From positions 1,507-44,955 of the forward strand of contig CAYULE010000001.1 of assembly GCA_964445385.1 (NCBI GenBank): a stretch of DNA of 43,449 nt, read 5' to 3'. The DNA comes from an uncultured Smithella sp. Its GTDB lineage: Bacteria; Desulfobacterota; Syntrophia; Syntrophales; Smithellaceae. The position numbers and the translations under genes are program-made. Below the pieces are notes generated by a model, which saw only the letters and a program-made list of their open reading frames with translations, was not told where the DNA came from and made no database searches. Positions 9,615-18,024 of this stretch are shown in pieces (the stretch's first letter is position 1; each line of letters starts with the position of its first letter).

Positions 9615-9660
9615 AAAAAGCAGCTGAGAGTAATAGCTTTCAGCTGCTTTTTTCTTTTTC
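9615..9660 (+). terminator. Intrinsic terminator after atpB
   Basis: 12-bp stem: AGCAGCTGAGAG (9619-9630) pairs with CTTTCAGCTGCT (9637-9648) with one G:U pair. The loop is 6 nt (TAATAG). A T-run (TTTTTCTTTTT) follows. Confidence 0.8.
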
Positions 9661-9774
9661 CATGCCGGCTAACATATTGTTGGATGAGATTTTTTTTAAA
9701 TATCACATCTGATGCTTGACGATTAGGTTCAATCGTAATATTGACCATAATGAATATCTGTTAGGGAGTTTTAT

Positions 9775-12700
9775 ATGCACAGCCTTGGAATCAATATCGG
9801 CTCCTCGAACATCAAGGTAGCCCTGTTGGCAGAAAATAACATTGTGTGGAACGCCGTAGAACCTCATGAAGGCAACTTTCTCGGTACCCTCAAAAAGATA
9901 CTGTCAGCCCGCGATTTACCAAAAGATATCAAAACGCTGGCCACCGGCACTGAAGGCCGGCATCTTCTAAATATCAATAGTGTTATTGAACCACTCTGCA
10001 TCGAAGAAGCCCTGAATCAACTCAATTATCAAATTGACGCACTGGTTTCCCTCGGTGGCGAAGACCTTGTTGTCTATACAATTGATAAGAACAATAAAAT
10101 CATCACCAGCTTTTCAGGGAACAAGTGCGCATCGGGTACCGGTGAATTTTTTAAGCAGCAGCTCGCCCGGATGAACATGAAATTGGGCGATATAAACAAT
10201 ATCCCCAAAGACTGCCGTGTATTAAAGCTCTCTTCGCGCTGTTCCGTCTTCATGAAAAGTGATTGCACACATCGTCTTAATAAAGGGGAAGCCAATACAG
10301 GTGATATTGTATTGTCGCTGAGCGACGTTATGGCAATTAAGGTCATCGATTTTCTAAAAAGAGCCAGAATCGAAAAAGGAAAAGTCCTTCTCGTTGGCGG
10401 CGTGACGCAGAATCAATACATCCTGCGCTTCATCCGCGAACGCATGCCTCAAATCGAATTCATTGTTCCTGAACAGGCACCCTTTTTTGAGGCATACGGC
10501 GCGGCGCTGATGGCCGGCACATCCGGTAGCAATTTGCCGCCTTTGAATTCACTATTTAAAAGCAGTCACATTCAGTTCAAGAGATTTAAAAGCCTGCAAA
10601 CCGCGCAGGGAAGAGTCACCTACCTGCCCTCGCAAAAAGGCAAAGTCGTCGCCGGCCGTGAATATATTCTCGGCGTCGACGGTGGTTCAACAACGACAAA
10701 AGCCTGTTTGATTGATATCGAAACCAACGAAGTTACCGCGTCTTTTTACGGCCGCACACACGGTGATCCGGTCAGCGCGCTAAAAAACTGTCTCGTTGAA
10801 ATGAAAAAACAGATCCGCGAAGACATTGGCGATGCCAAAATCAGCATTACTCTGGCTTCAACAACCGGATCGTCACGCGAAATTCTCGGCGTTTTCTTGG
10901 AAACACCTGGCGTTTACAATGAAATCATCGCCCATGCAGTCGGCACTTCCTTTTATCAGGATAACATCGATACCATCTTTGAAATCGGCGGCCAGGATGC
11001 CAAGTATGTTTCACTGAAAAATAAAGTCCCGATTGATTACGCTATGAATGAAGCCTGTTCGGCGGGAACCGGATCTTTTCTGGAAGAATCCGCGCAAGGT
11101 GACCTGAATATTCCAGAAGCCGCGCAGATTGGTGACATCGCTCTTCAGGCCGAAGCACCCCTGAAGTTCGGTGAACACTGTTCCGCCTTCATCAATTCAG
11201 ACATTCGCAACGCCGTGCAGCAAGGGGCGTCGCGTGAAGATATTACCGCCGGCATCGTCACCTCGATTGTTTCCAACTATCTCAATCGCGTTGTGGGGAA
11301 CCGGACTATCGGTAAAAATATTGTACTGCAAGGCGGTGTCGCCAAAAACAAAGCCGTCCCGCTTGCTTTCGCGATGCTCCTGAATAAGGACATTCTGGTG
11401 CCGCCTGATCCAGAGTTGATGGGTTGTTTCGGTGTGGGCATTCTGGCCAAACAGAAATATTCTGAAGGATTTCTGACCAAAGCCACCTACGACATTGATG
11501 ACATCCTGGCAACAAGCATTGTCTATGAAAAAGAATTTCAGTGTAAGGCCTGCGATAATTTCTGTCCGGTCCGCATACTCAACGTCAACGGCCACAAGTA
11601 CATGTTTGGCGGCCGTTGTAACAAATATGCCAACATTCGGAAGAAAAAAGTTTTCAATGAAGCGGAGGTCATCGACTACATTGAAAAGCGCAATGATATA
11701 CTTTTCAAAGAATGCGCCCCGGATCCTGCCCGGTTTGATAAGAAAAAAGATTACATCGTCGGCATTCCCCGCTGCTTCTCTATTTATACTCTCTGGCCGC
11801 TCTATTCATGGTTCTTCCATACCCTGGGGGTGGAAACGTTTGTCTCCCAGGACATCTCCCATGAAGGAATTGCCCGTGTGGAAAGCAGTTACTGCTTCCC
11901 GGCGGAAATCGCGCATGGCGCCGTTCAGGATATCTTTAACCGTAAAATCGATTATATTTTCCTGCCGCATTTCCGGGATATGGAAAGTTACGAAAAAACT
12001 GCGCCGGCTAACTTCTGCCCAATTACACAGAGCCTGCCCTATTACATCAAGAAGGCTTTCCCGGAGATTCCTGACGAGAAATATTTAGCACCGGTGGTCA
12101 GTTTCATGTACGGCACTGAAAAAGCTGCTGAATCTTTCATCGCGATGGCAGCAACACTGGGATTCTCAGAAGCTGAGGCGAAAACCGCCTTTAACATCGC
12201 CTATGAAAAGCAAATGGAATGCTTTGCCAAATTTACCCTTTTGGGCAAACAGGCGCTTGAAGAAGCGCGCGTGGCCAAACGCGCGGTGATCGCAATTTTG
12301 GGACGTCCCTATAACTCTTTTACTGCCGATGCCAATATGGGGATTCCCCGAAAATACACATCTCGCGGTTATTCAGTCATCCCCTTTGATATTCTGCCCT
12401 TCGAAGACGAGTCTATCTATCCCAACATGTACTGGTATTACGGCCAGCAGGATATGAAAGCCGGCGCGCTTTTGAAAAACGAAGACAATATCTTCATCAC
12501 GTATATATCGAATTTTTCCTGTGCGCCTGATTCCTTCATGTTGCATTATTTAAAGTGGATCATGGGCGCCAAACCCTTTCTGATTCTGGAATTGGATTCC
12601 CACACGGCGGATGCCGGCGTGGATACACGTATTGAAGCATTTCTGGACATCATCGAAGGGTATCGCTCCAAACTGACTGACATCCGCGAAGAGCGGTATG

Positions 12701-14085
12701 ATAACGGTTTGCGCTTCATTAACAATCCGGGCGAAGAGATCCACATCAAAAATATGATCACCGGCGAAAAGATACCGATGAAAAACAATCCGCGTATCAA
12801 GCTGCTCTTATCCAACATGGGCAGGCTCTCGGCGGAGTTGATCGGCGCGACGATTCGCGGTCTGGGTATTAATGCGGAAACCATGCCGGTACCGGACATC
12901 CACACCCTGCAATTGGCGCGCAATCACGCCTCCGGTAAAGAGTGTCTGCCGTCGCATCTGGTATTGGGCAGCACGCTGAAATATTTATCCTCCGAAAAAT
13001 ACCGCAAGGATGAAACTTACGTCCTGTTCGTGCCCACAACAACCGGACCCTGCCGGACCGGACAGTATTTTGTCTTCTACGAAAATCTCTTTAAAGATTT
13101 GCGTCTGGAAAACGTGGTGGTTATTACGATGGATTCTGATAATTCCTACAATGAACTGGGGTCGGAATTTTCAAAATATGCCTGGTGGGCGGCGATTATC
13201 GGCGACTACATGAAAGACGTGGAAACCTCGCTTCGGACGTGCGCCGCCGATCCCATTGAAGCCATGAGGATTTATGATCAGGTCTGGCAGAAAATGATCG
13301 GTGTGGCCGAGCGCGATATTACAAAAGTCCTTCCCGTTCTGAAAGAAATTGCCGATACCATTTCCCGCATTCCACTAGCCCGAAAAATGGAAGACTGTCC
13401 GAAAGTTCTGATCGTCGGGGAAATTTACGTACGGCGTGATGATTTCGCCGTTGATGAATTAATTCAACAGTTCAGCAAACACGGCATCGTCGGCAAGGTA
13501 TCGAATGTGGCAGAATGGCTTTACTATTGTGATTTTGTCCGGCATTACGAGCTTAAAAAGAAACTGAACCTGGCTCCGTGGTACCGGCGCGTCTTCGCCA
13601 GTGAATTTCGGGACATCATCGGTTGGAATATTGAACATGCCTATAAGAAGAATGTGGAGAAAAATGTGCGCAACACGTTGAGCGCGACCGGCCTTGTGCC
13701 GCACACACCGCATGATATGCAGGAAATCATGAAAAACACGGAAAAGCATTTCGTCGGCCTGGAGCTGTATTCGGAAATCAGCATTTCCAGTGGCGTGGCG
13801 GCTACCGCGATGATGGACGGCTACTCGGGCATTGTGAATATCTCACCGTTTGCCTGTCTGATCGGCCGCGTTATTGAAGGGCTGTTTACACCCTGGGCCA
13901 GAGAAAGAAAATACCCCGCCATTTCCATTGAAATTGACGGAAATCTGCTTCCACCCAATGTGCTTAGCAAACTTGAAATTTTCATGCTCAACGTTAAGCG
14001 ATTCCGGGGCAAAGGGGATAGTCATTCCATGGTGGAACGCGATGGCGCGAAGGCTGTTTCCATTGACCGAAAAATCATCCGATGA
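9775..14085 (+). CDS. Fusion protein: two BadF/BadG/BcrA/BcrD (HgdC-type) activase ATPase modules plus a CoA-enzyme-activase-related / dehydratase-like C-terminal region
   Basis: Uninterrupted 1436-aa ORF. Module 1 (about aa 3-247) has GINIGSSNIK, GGEDLV, NKCASGTG and SRCSVF. Module 2 (about aa 297-558) has GVDGGSTTTK, EIGGQDAK, NEACSAGTG and EHCSAF. A Cys cluster follows (CKACDNFCP...GGRC, aa 590-615), then about 800 aa more. AGGGAG lies upstream of the ATG. Confidence 0.85.
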   Translation: MHSLGINIGSSNIKVALLAENNIVWNAVEPHEGNFLGTLKKILSARDLPKDIKTLATGTEGRHLLNINSVIEPLCIEEALNQLNYQIDALVSLGGEDLVVYTIDKNNKIITSFSGNKCASGTGEFFKQQLARMNMKLGDINNIPKDCRVLKLSSRCSVFMKSDCTHRLNKGEANTGDIVLSLSDVMAIKVIDFLKRARIEKGKVLLVGGVTQNQYILRFIRERMPQIEFIVPEQAPFFEAYGAALMAGTSGSNLPPLNSLFKSSHIQFKRFKSLQTAQGRVTYLPSQKGKVVAGREYILGVDGGSTTTKACLIDIETNEVTASFYGRTHGDPVSALKNCLVEMKKQIREDIGDAKISITLASTTGSSREILGVFLETPGVYNEIIAHAVGTSFYQDNIDTIFEIGGQDAKYVSLKNKVPIDYAMNEACSAGTGSFLEESAQGDLNIPEAAQIGDIALQAEAPLKFGEHCSAFINSDIRNAVQQGASREDITAGIVTSIVSNYLNRVVGNRTIGKNIVLQGGVAKNKAVPLAFAMLLNKDILVPPDPELMGCFGVGILAKQKYSEGFLTKATYDIDDILATSIVYEKEFQCKACDNFCPVRILNVNGHKYMFGGRCNKYANIRKKKVFNEAEVIDYIEKRNDILFKECAPDPARFDKKKDYIVGIPRCFSIYTLWPLYSWFFHTLGVETFVSQDISHEGIARVESSYCFPAEIAHGAVQDIFNRKIDYIFLPHFRDMESYEKTAPANFCPITQSLPYYIKKAFPEIPDEKYLAPVVSFMYGTEKAAESFIAMAATLGFSEAEAKTAFNIAYEKQMECFAKFTLLGKQALEEARVAKRAVIAILGRPYNSFTADANMGIPRKYTSRGYSVIPFDILPFEDESIYPNMYWYYGQQDMKAGALLKNEDNIFITYISNFSCAPDSFMLHYLKWIMGAKPFLILELDSHTADAGVDTRIEAFLDIIEGYRSKLTDIREERYDNGLRFINNPGEEIHIKNMITGEKIPMKNNPRIKLLLSNMGRLSAELIGATIRGLGINAETMPVPDIHTLQLARNHASGKECLPSHLVLGSTLKYLSSEKYRKDETYVLFVPTTTGPCRTGQYFVFYENLFKDLRLENVVVITMDSDNSYNELGSEFSKYAWWAAIIGDYMKDVETSLRTCAADPIEAMRIYDQVWQKMIGVAERDITKVLPVLKEIADTISRIPLARKMEDCPKVLIVGEIYVRRDDFAVDELIQQFSKHGIVGKVSNVAEWLYYCDFVRHYELKKKLNLAPWYRRVFASEFRDIIGWNIEHAYKKNVEKNVRNTLSATGLVPHTPHDMQEIMKNTEKHFVGLELYSEISISSGVAATAMMDGYSGIVNISPFACLIGRVIEGLFTPWARERKYPAISIEIDGNLLPPNVLSKLEIFMLNVKRFRGKGDSHSMVERDGAKAVSIDRKIIR

Positions 14086-14090
14086 TTCCA

Positions 14091-14131
14091 AAAAAAACCT
14101 CTCCCACCCTGACGGCAAGAGAGGTTTTTTC
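14091..14131. terminator. Bidirectional intrinsic terminator between convergent genes
   Basis: AAAAAAACCTCTC (14091-14103) pairs with GAGAGGTTTTTTC (14119-14131) around a 15-nt loop. It sits 6 nt after the + gene stop and 33 nt after the MFS gene stop. Confidence 0.75.
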
Positions 14132-14163
14132 TATTCAAGCTTTCTAATCATTCTTAGTTGATA

Positions 14164-15396
14164 TTAAGCTTTTTTCGGCGCTTTAAGCAATGCGAAAGCC
14201 ATTATTATCCCGACAACCGCAAGTACTGCCGTGGGATAGAAGGCGAAGGTATAAGTGCCAAACACATCCTTCGCCTGGCCGGAAATAATGCCACCGATGA
14301 TAGCGCCAACACCATATGCAAAAAAGACCACGCCGTAATTACGCGCATAATTTTTCATGCCAAAAAATGCTGCCGTCGCTGTCGGAGCAATGGCCAGCCA
14401 GCCGCCCAGACACAGCCAGAAACCGATGAAACTGATCGTGTAAAGTCTGGTATCGCCTTCCCTGGCAACGATCATAAGAATGGATACGACAAGAATCATA
14501 ATCAAATTAAGGATGCTGGCATTGCGGGGGTTAATCTTGTCCGTCAAAAATCCAAAAAGCGGACGCCCCAGCGCGTTGAAAATAGCGAACACACCGACGA
14601 GCGTCGCAGCCGTCTCACCCGTAATCTTGATGATCTCGTTGCCAACCGGTTTGGATATGCCAATAGCCATCAATCCGGCAATCGACCCAATCAAAAAGCA
14701 GAAAAACAGTCCCCAAAATGTCGATGTTTTCGCCATTTCTCCGGGGGTAAAATCCGTTGCAACGACTGCTCCTGCGGCTGGTTTCCAACCCGCCGGCACC
14801 CAACCGGCAGCAGGAAAATGGAAAGGCAGACTTAAGACAACCAGAATAATACCGAATGCAATACCGAAATACAGGAAAGTGTTCGACAATCCCACAGAAG
14901 GAATCAGTACGGAGGCAAGCTTGCCCGTAATCAAAGCAGATCCGCCGAAACCAGCCAGTGTCAATCCGACAGCCAGTCCTTTTTTATCCGGGAACCACTT
15001 TGCCCCCATGGCTACGGGGCAGCCATAGACCAGGCCAACACCCGACCCGGCAATCACACCATAGGTCAATGTCAGCATCCAGATATTCGATGCGAAACTG
15101 GATAAAAGCCAGCCCAATCCAACAATAATACCGCCAATGATTCCCAGTTTACGCGGCCCCAATTTTTCCATCACACGCCCACCAAAAAACATGGTAACGG
15201 CGAAAAATGCCAGAAATACCATAAAAGGCAGGTTCGCCATGGACGCGGAAACGTCAAAGACTTTTCTTACCGGGGCGAGGAAAATGCTGTAAGCGTAAAC
15301 CGCCCCCAGACACACACACATAATCAATCCCAAAACCACATAAACCCACCTGCCACTTTCCGCAGGCATCCCAAATACTTTCTCATCAGTGCTCAT
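14164..15396 (-). CDS. MFS transporter, oxalate/formate antiporter (OFA)-family type (substrate unknown)
   Basis: The ORF track gives 14164..15462. I prefer the ATG at 15396 (MSTDEKVFG...), preceded by AGGGAGA. About 12 hydrophobic segments; the N-terminal region GRWVYVVLGLIMCVCLGAVYAYSIF...GGRVMEKLGPRK is typical of OFA-type MFS proteins. Confidence 0.85.
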   Translation of the reverse strand: MSTDEKVFGMPAESGRWVYVVLGLIMCVCLGAVYAYSIFLAPVRKVFDVSASMANLPFMVFLAFFAVTMFFGGRVMEKLGPRKLGIIGGIIVGLGWLLSSFASNIWMLTLTYGVIAGSGVGLVYGCPVAMGAKWFPDKKGLAVGLTLAGFGGSALITGKLASVLIPSVGLSNTFLYFGIAFGIILVVLSLPFHFPAAGWVPAGWKPAAGAVVATDFTPGEMAKTSTFWGLFFCFLIGSIAGLMAIGISKPVGNEIIKITGETAATLVGVFAIFNALGRPLFGFLTDKINPRNASILNLIMILVVSILMIVAREGDTRLYTISFIGFWLCLGGWLAIAPTATAAFFGMKNYARNYGVVFFAYGVGAIIGGIISGQAKDVFGTYTFAFYPTAVLAVVGIIMAFALLKAPKKA

Positions 15397-15440
15397 GAAA
15401 TTCTCCCTCTTATAAAATTTGTGAATATTTCGATGATGGG

Positions 15441-15469
15441 CTTTTATCGGTTTACATTTCAAGAGTCAA
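15441..15469 (-). promoter_or_regulatory. Putative sigma70-type promoter for the MFS gene
   Basis: On the minus strand: TTGACT (15469-15464), a 17-nt spacer, then TAAAAG (15446-15441). Sequence match only. Confidence 0.3.
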
Positions 15470-15560
15470 TAAAATTGTATAAAAAATGCTTAAAAATTCC
15501 GCATCAACTATTTATTGTTTTATGGTAAATGAAAATTATTAAATTGAAGGAGTCCGGACA

Positions 15561-16169
15561 TTGGCGGATAAGGAAACAAACCTCACGGGTATTATTCTCG
15601 CGGGCGGTAAAAACACCCGAATGGGCACGAATAAAGCATTTCTAATAATTGACGGCGAGCGATTGATTGATAAAACATTGAGCATCTACCAAGAGATCTT
15701 TTCCGAAATCATTATCGTCACAAACGATCCGCTTGCTTACGTGGAATTTTCCGACGCTGCTGTTGTCACCGATATTTACAAAGGGAAAGGTCCTCTGGGA
15801 GGTATCTACACGGGCCTGTTTTATTCGAAAAATAAATACGCTTTTGTCAGCGCCTGCGATATGCCCAGCCTGAACAAAGATTTTATCGGTTACCTGACCC
15901 ATCAGGCAGGCAAACATGATGTCATCGTCCCCGAACTTTCCGAAGGCTTTCAACCGCTGCACGCAATCTATTCACGCAATTGTTTACCCTCCATCAAACG
16001 ACTGCTTCTGATGGACAAACTCAAGATTACCGGGTTCTATCGGGATATGCGCGTTCTGGCAATCAGCGCAGAACAGATTCAACCTTTCAATGTAAATGGC
16101 CGTCTCTTCCAGAATCTGAACACACCGGAAGAAGTAAAAGAGATTCAGCATCCAGGCTCCAAAGGTTAA
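15561..16169 (+). CDS. mobA: Molybdenum cofactor guanylyltransferase
   Basis: 202-aa ORF. The N-terminal GIILAGGKNTRMG..NKAFL motif and the overall size are typical of MobA. TTG start, with GAAGGAG upstream. Confidence 0.85.
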   Translation: MADKETNLTGIILAGGKNTRMGTNKAFLIIDGERLIDKTLSIYQEIFSEIIIVTNDPLAYVEFSDAAVVTDIYKGKGPLGGIYTGLFYSKNKYAFVSACDMPSLNKDFIGYLTHQAGKHDVIVPELSEGFQPLHAIYSRNCLPSIKRLLLMDKLKITGFYRDMRVLAISAEQIQPFNVNGRLFQNLNTPEEVKEIQHPGSKG

Positions 16170-16327
16170 GAATCATCACGCCACACTCTTTTTCCCTTTC
16201 TCTCGAATGGAATCTCCAACTTTATTTTTTGGGAGTGCGGATTTTATACACTCAAAACATATCTCTTGACTTTTCAGTTCTGTTCCATTATTTAGACCGA
16301 AAAACGATATTAGTCGAACGGGCCAAT

Positions 16328-16900
16328 ATGAATAAAGACGAAGAAGTAAAAAATACAATAAAAGATGCGGCAAGGCGTGTTTTCCTCAAATGGGGTTTGA
16401 ACAAAACCACCATGGAAGATATTGCCCACGAAGCCGGAAAGGGAAAAAGCACCCTTTACTATTATTTCAAAAGCAAGGACGAAATTTTTGAAAATATAGC
16501 AATCGATGAATATAGCAGTATTCTTATCAAAGCAAAGACCGCGATTAAAGAAGTAGATTCACCAAAAGATAAATTAAAACTTCATATCACGACAACTTTT
16601 GCGGAAATTAAAAATACAGTCAGTATTTCCTCAATGATCAAAGGCGAGATCAAAGGAAATAAGGAATTAATCAATAATATTCGTAAGGGGTTTGATGACA
16701 GCGAAGAAGCCATCATCCTGGAAATATTAAAGCTTGGCTTAAAATCAAATGATTTTAATTATTTGAAAAATACTGACCTTACAAAAGCGGCAAACGTGAT
16801 TTTAGGCATCTTACGTGGTTTGGAAATAAGCTTATTCCTGGAAAACGAGGATAGCGAAAAAATGGATATTGCCATGCGACTTATAGCAGGAGGGCTCTAA
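16328..16900 (+). CDS. TetR/AcrR-family transcriptional regulator (efflux operon 1)
   Basis: The ORF track gives 15980..16900, but the first 116 codons overlap mobA in another frame. The real start is most likely ATG 16328 (MNKDEEVKNTIKDAARRVFLKWGLNKTTMEDIAHEAGKGKSTLYYYFKSKDEIF, a TetR HTH). Confidence 0.85.
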   Translation: MNKDEEVKNTIKDAARRVFLKWGLNKTTMEDIAHEAGKGKSTLYYYFKSKDEIFENIAIDEYSSILIKAKTAIKEVDSPKDKLKLHITTTFAEIKNTVSISSMIKGEIKGNKELINNIRKGFDDSEEAIILEILKLGLKSNDFNYLKNTDLTKAANVILGILRGLEISLFLENEDSEKMDIAMRLIAGGL

Positions 16901-16963
16901 ACTTGGATTAAACACCTTATCGACCATAACAACTATTTTTATCTAACAATACCTTAAGGATCG

Positions 16964-18004
16964 ATGATGCGAAAAGTACAATTAATAATAATCAGCATAT
17001 TGTTACTCATGCTGGGAATGACGGCCTGTAATTCTTCCAAGGATTCTAAACCAGTCCCCATCAATGTCGAAGTGAAAATCATCAGTGTTGCCCATGATCA
17101 TGATGATTTTGCTTACAGTGGAACGATCGAAGAATCGGAAACCATTCCGCTCAGTTTTTCTGTGCTGGGAAATGTGACAAAAGTTCTTGTTGCTGAAGGG
17201 GATTCGGTGAAAAAGGGACAACTGCTGGCCACGCTCGACAGCACCAGCTACAAAAATTCTTATGATATGGCATGGGCAACAGCAAAGCAGGCAGACGATG
17301 CCTATAAACGATTAGGTAAAATGTATAAAAATGGAAATCTCCCCGAAATTAAATATGTTGAAGTTCAAACCAAACTACAGCAAGCCATGTCCGCTGCATC
17401 TATTGCCAGAAAAAATCTGAACGATTGCAATCTCTATGCGAGAGCCGCTGGCATTATCGGAAAACGCTCCATCGAACCGGGAATGATGTCAACCCCAAAT
17501 CTGACTTCTATCACCATTGTGAAGATTGACAAGGTGTATGCGCGAATACCGGTTTCTGAAAATGAAATATCAACTATCAGGAAAGGACAGCACGCGAAAG
17601 TCAAAATCGGTGCGCTGGCGTCTGCGACATTTGACGGAACCATTGAAGAAGTCGGCGTGATGGCTGATCCGCTTGCCCACACCTACGCCATAAAGATCGG
17701 TATACAAAATGCCGACCGGAGAATCAAACCCGGCATGGTATGCAACGCGACCATTGCCAATGCTTCCGGCCCCCGCAACTTAGTTGTTCCGAGTGAAGCA
17801 GTCATGGTTGATGAGACGGGCAGAAATTTTGTTTACACAATGGATGCCTCGCGAAAAACCGCTATCCGGAAATTCGTGAAAGTCGGAAAAATTGTCAACA
17901 GGGGCATTGAAATTCTCGAGGGACTCAAAGAGACTGAACTTATCGTGACTTCGGGACAGCATAAACTGGTTGACCATTCCCCTGTGCAGATTACCAATCC
18001 ATAG
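16964..18004 (+). CDS. RND efflux periplasmic adaptor (membrane fusion protein), lipoprotein
   Basis: 346-aa ORF with a lipoprotein signal (LLMLGMTAC) and HlyD/MFP-like lipoyl and beta-barrel motifs. It lies directly upstream of the RND pump gene. Confidence 0.85.
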   Translation: MMRKVQLIIISILLLMLGMTACNSSKDSKPVPINVEVKIISVAHDHDDFAYSGTIEESETIPLSFSVLGNVTKVLVAEGDSVKKGQLLATLDSTSYKNSYDMAWATAKQADDAYKRLGKMYKNGNLPEIKYVEVQTKLQQAMSAASIARKNLNDCNLYARAAGIIGKRSIEPGMMSTPNLTSITIVKIDKVYARIPVSENEISTIRKGQHAKVKIGALASATFDGTIEEVGVMADPLAHTYAIKIGIQNADRRIKPGMVCNATIANASGPRNLVVPSEAVMVDETGRNFVYTMDASRKTAIRKFVKVGKIVNRGIEILEGLKETELIVTSGQHKLVDHSPVQITNP

Positions 18005-18024
18005 CATCCGGACAAAAGAAAACC

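Noticed and set aside
9716-9751. TTGACG (9716-9721) and CATAAT (9746-9751) upstream of the 1436-aa gene, considered as its promoter.
   Set aside because: The spacing between the two hexamers is 24 nt. Alternative pairings give only weak -10 or -35 matches, so no promoter is called.
14158-15028. Plus-strand ORFs of 225 aa and 182 aa (14158-14835, 14480-15028).
   Set aside because: They lie entirely antisense to the MFS transporter gene. Their products are Arg/Pro/Lys-rich and low-complexity, with no motif. The minus-strand frame has a coherent 12-TM MFS pattern and an RBS.
15980-16327. N-terminal 116 codons of the 306-aa ORF 15980-16900.
   Set aside because: This part overlaps the mobA 3-prime end in another frame and the intergenic region. 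The TetR HTH begins right after the internal ATG at 16328, so only 16328-16900 is called.
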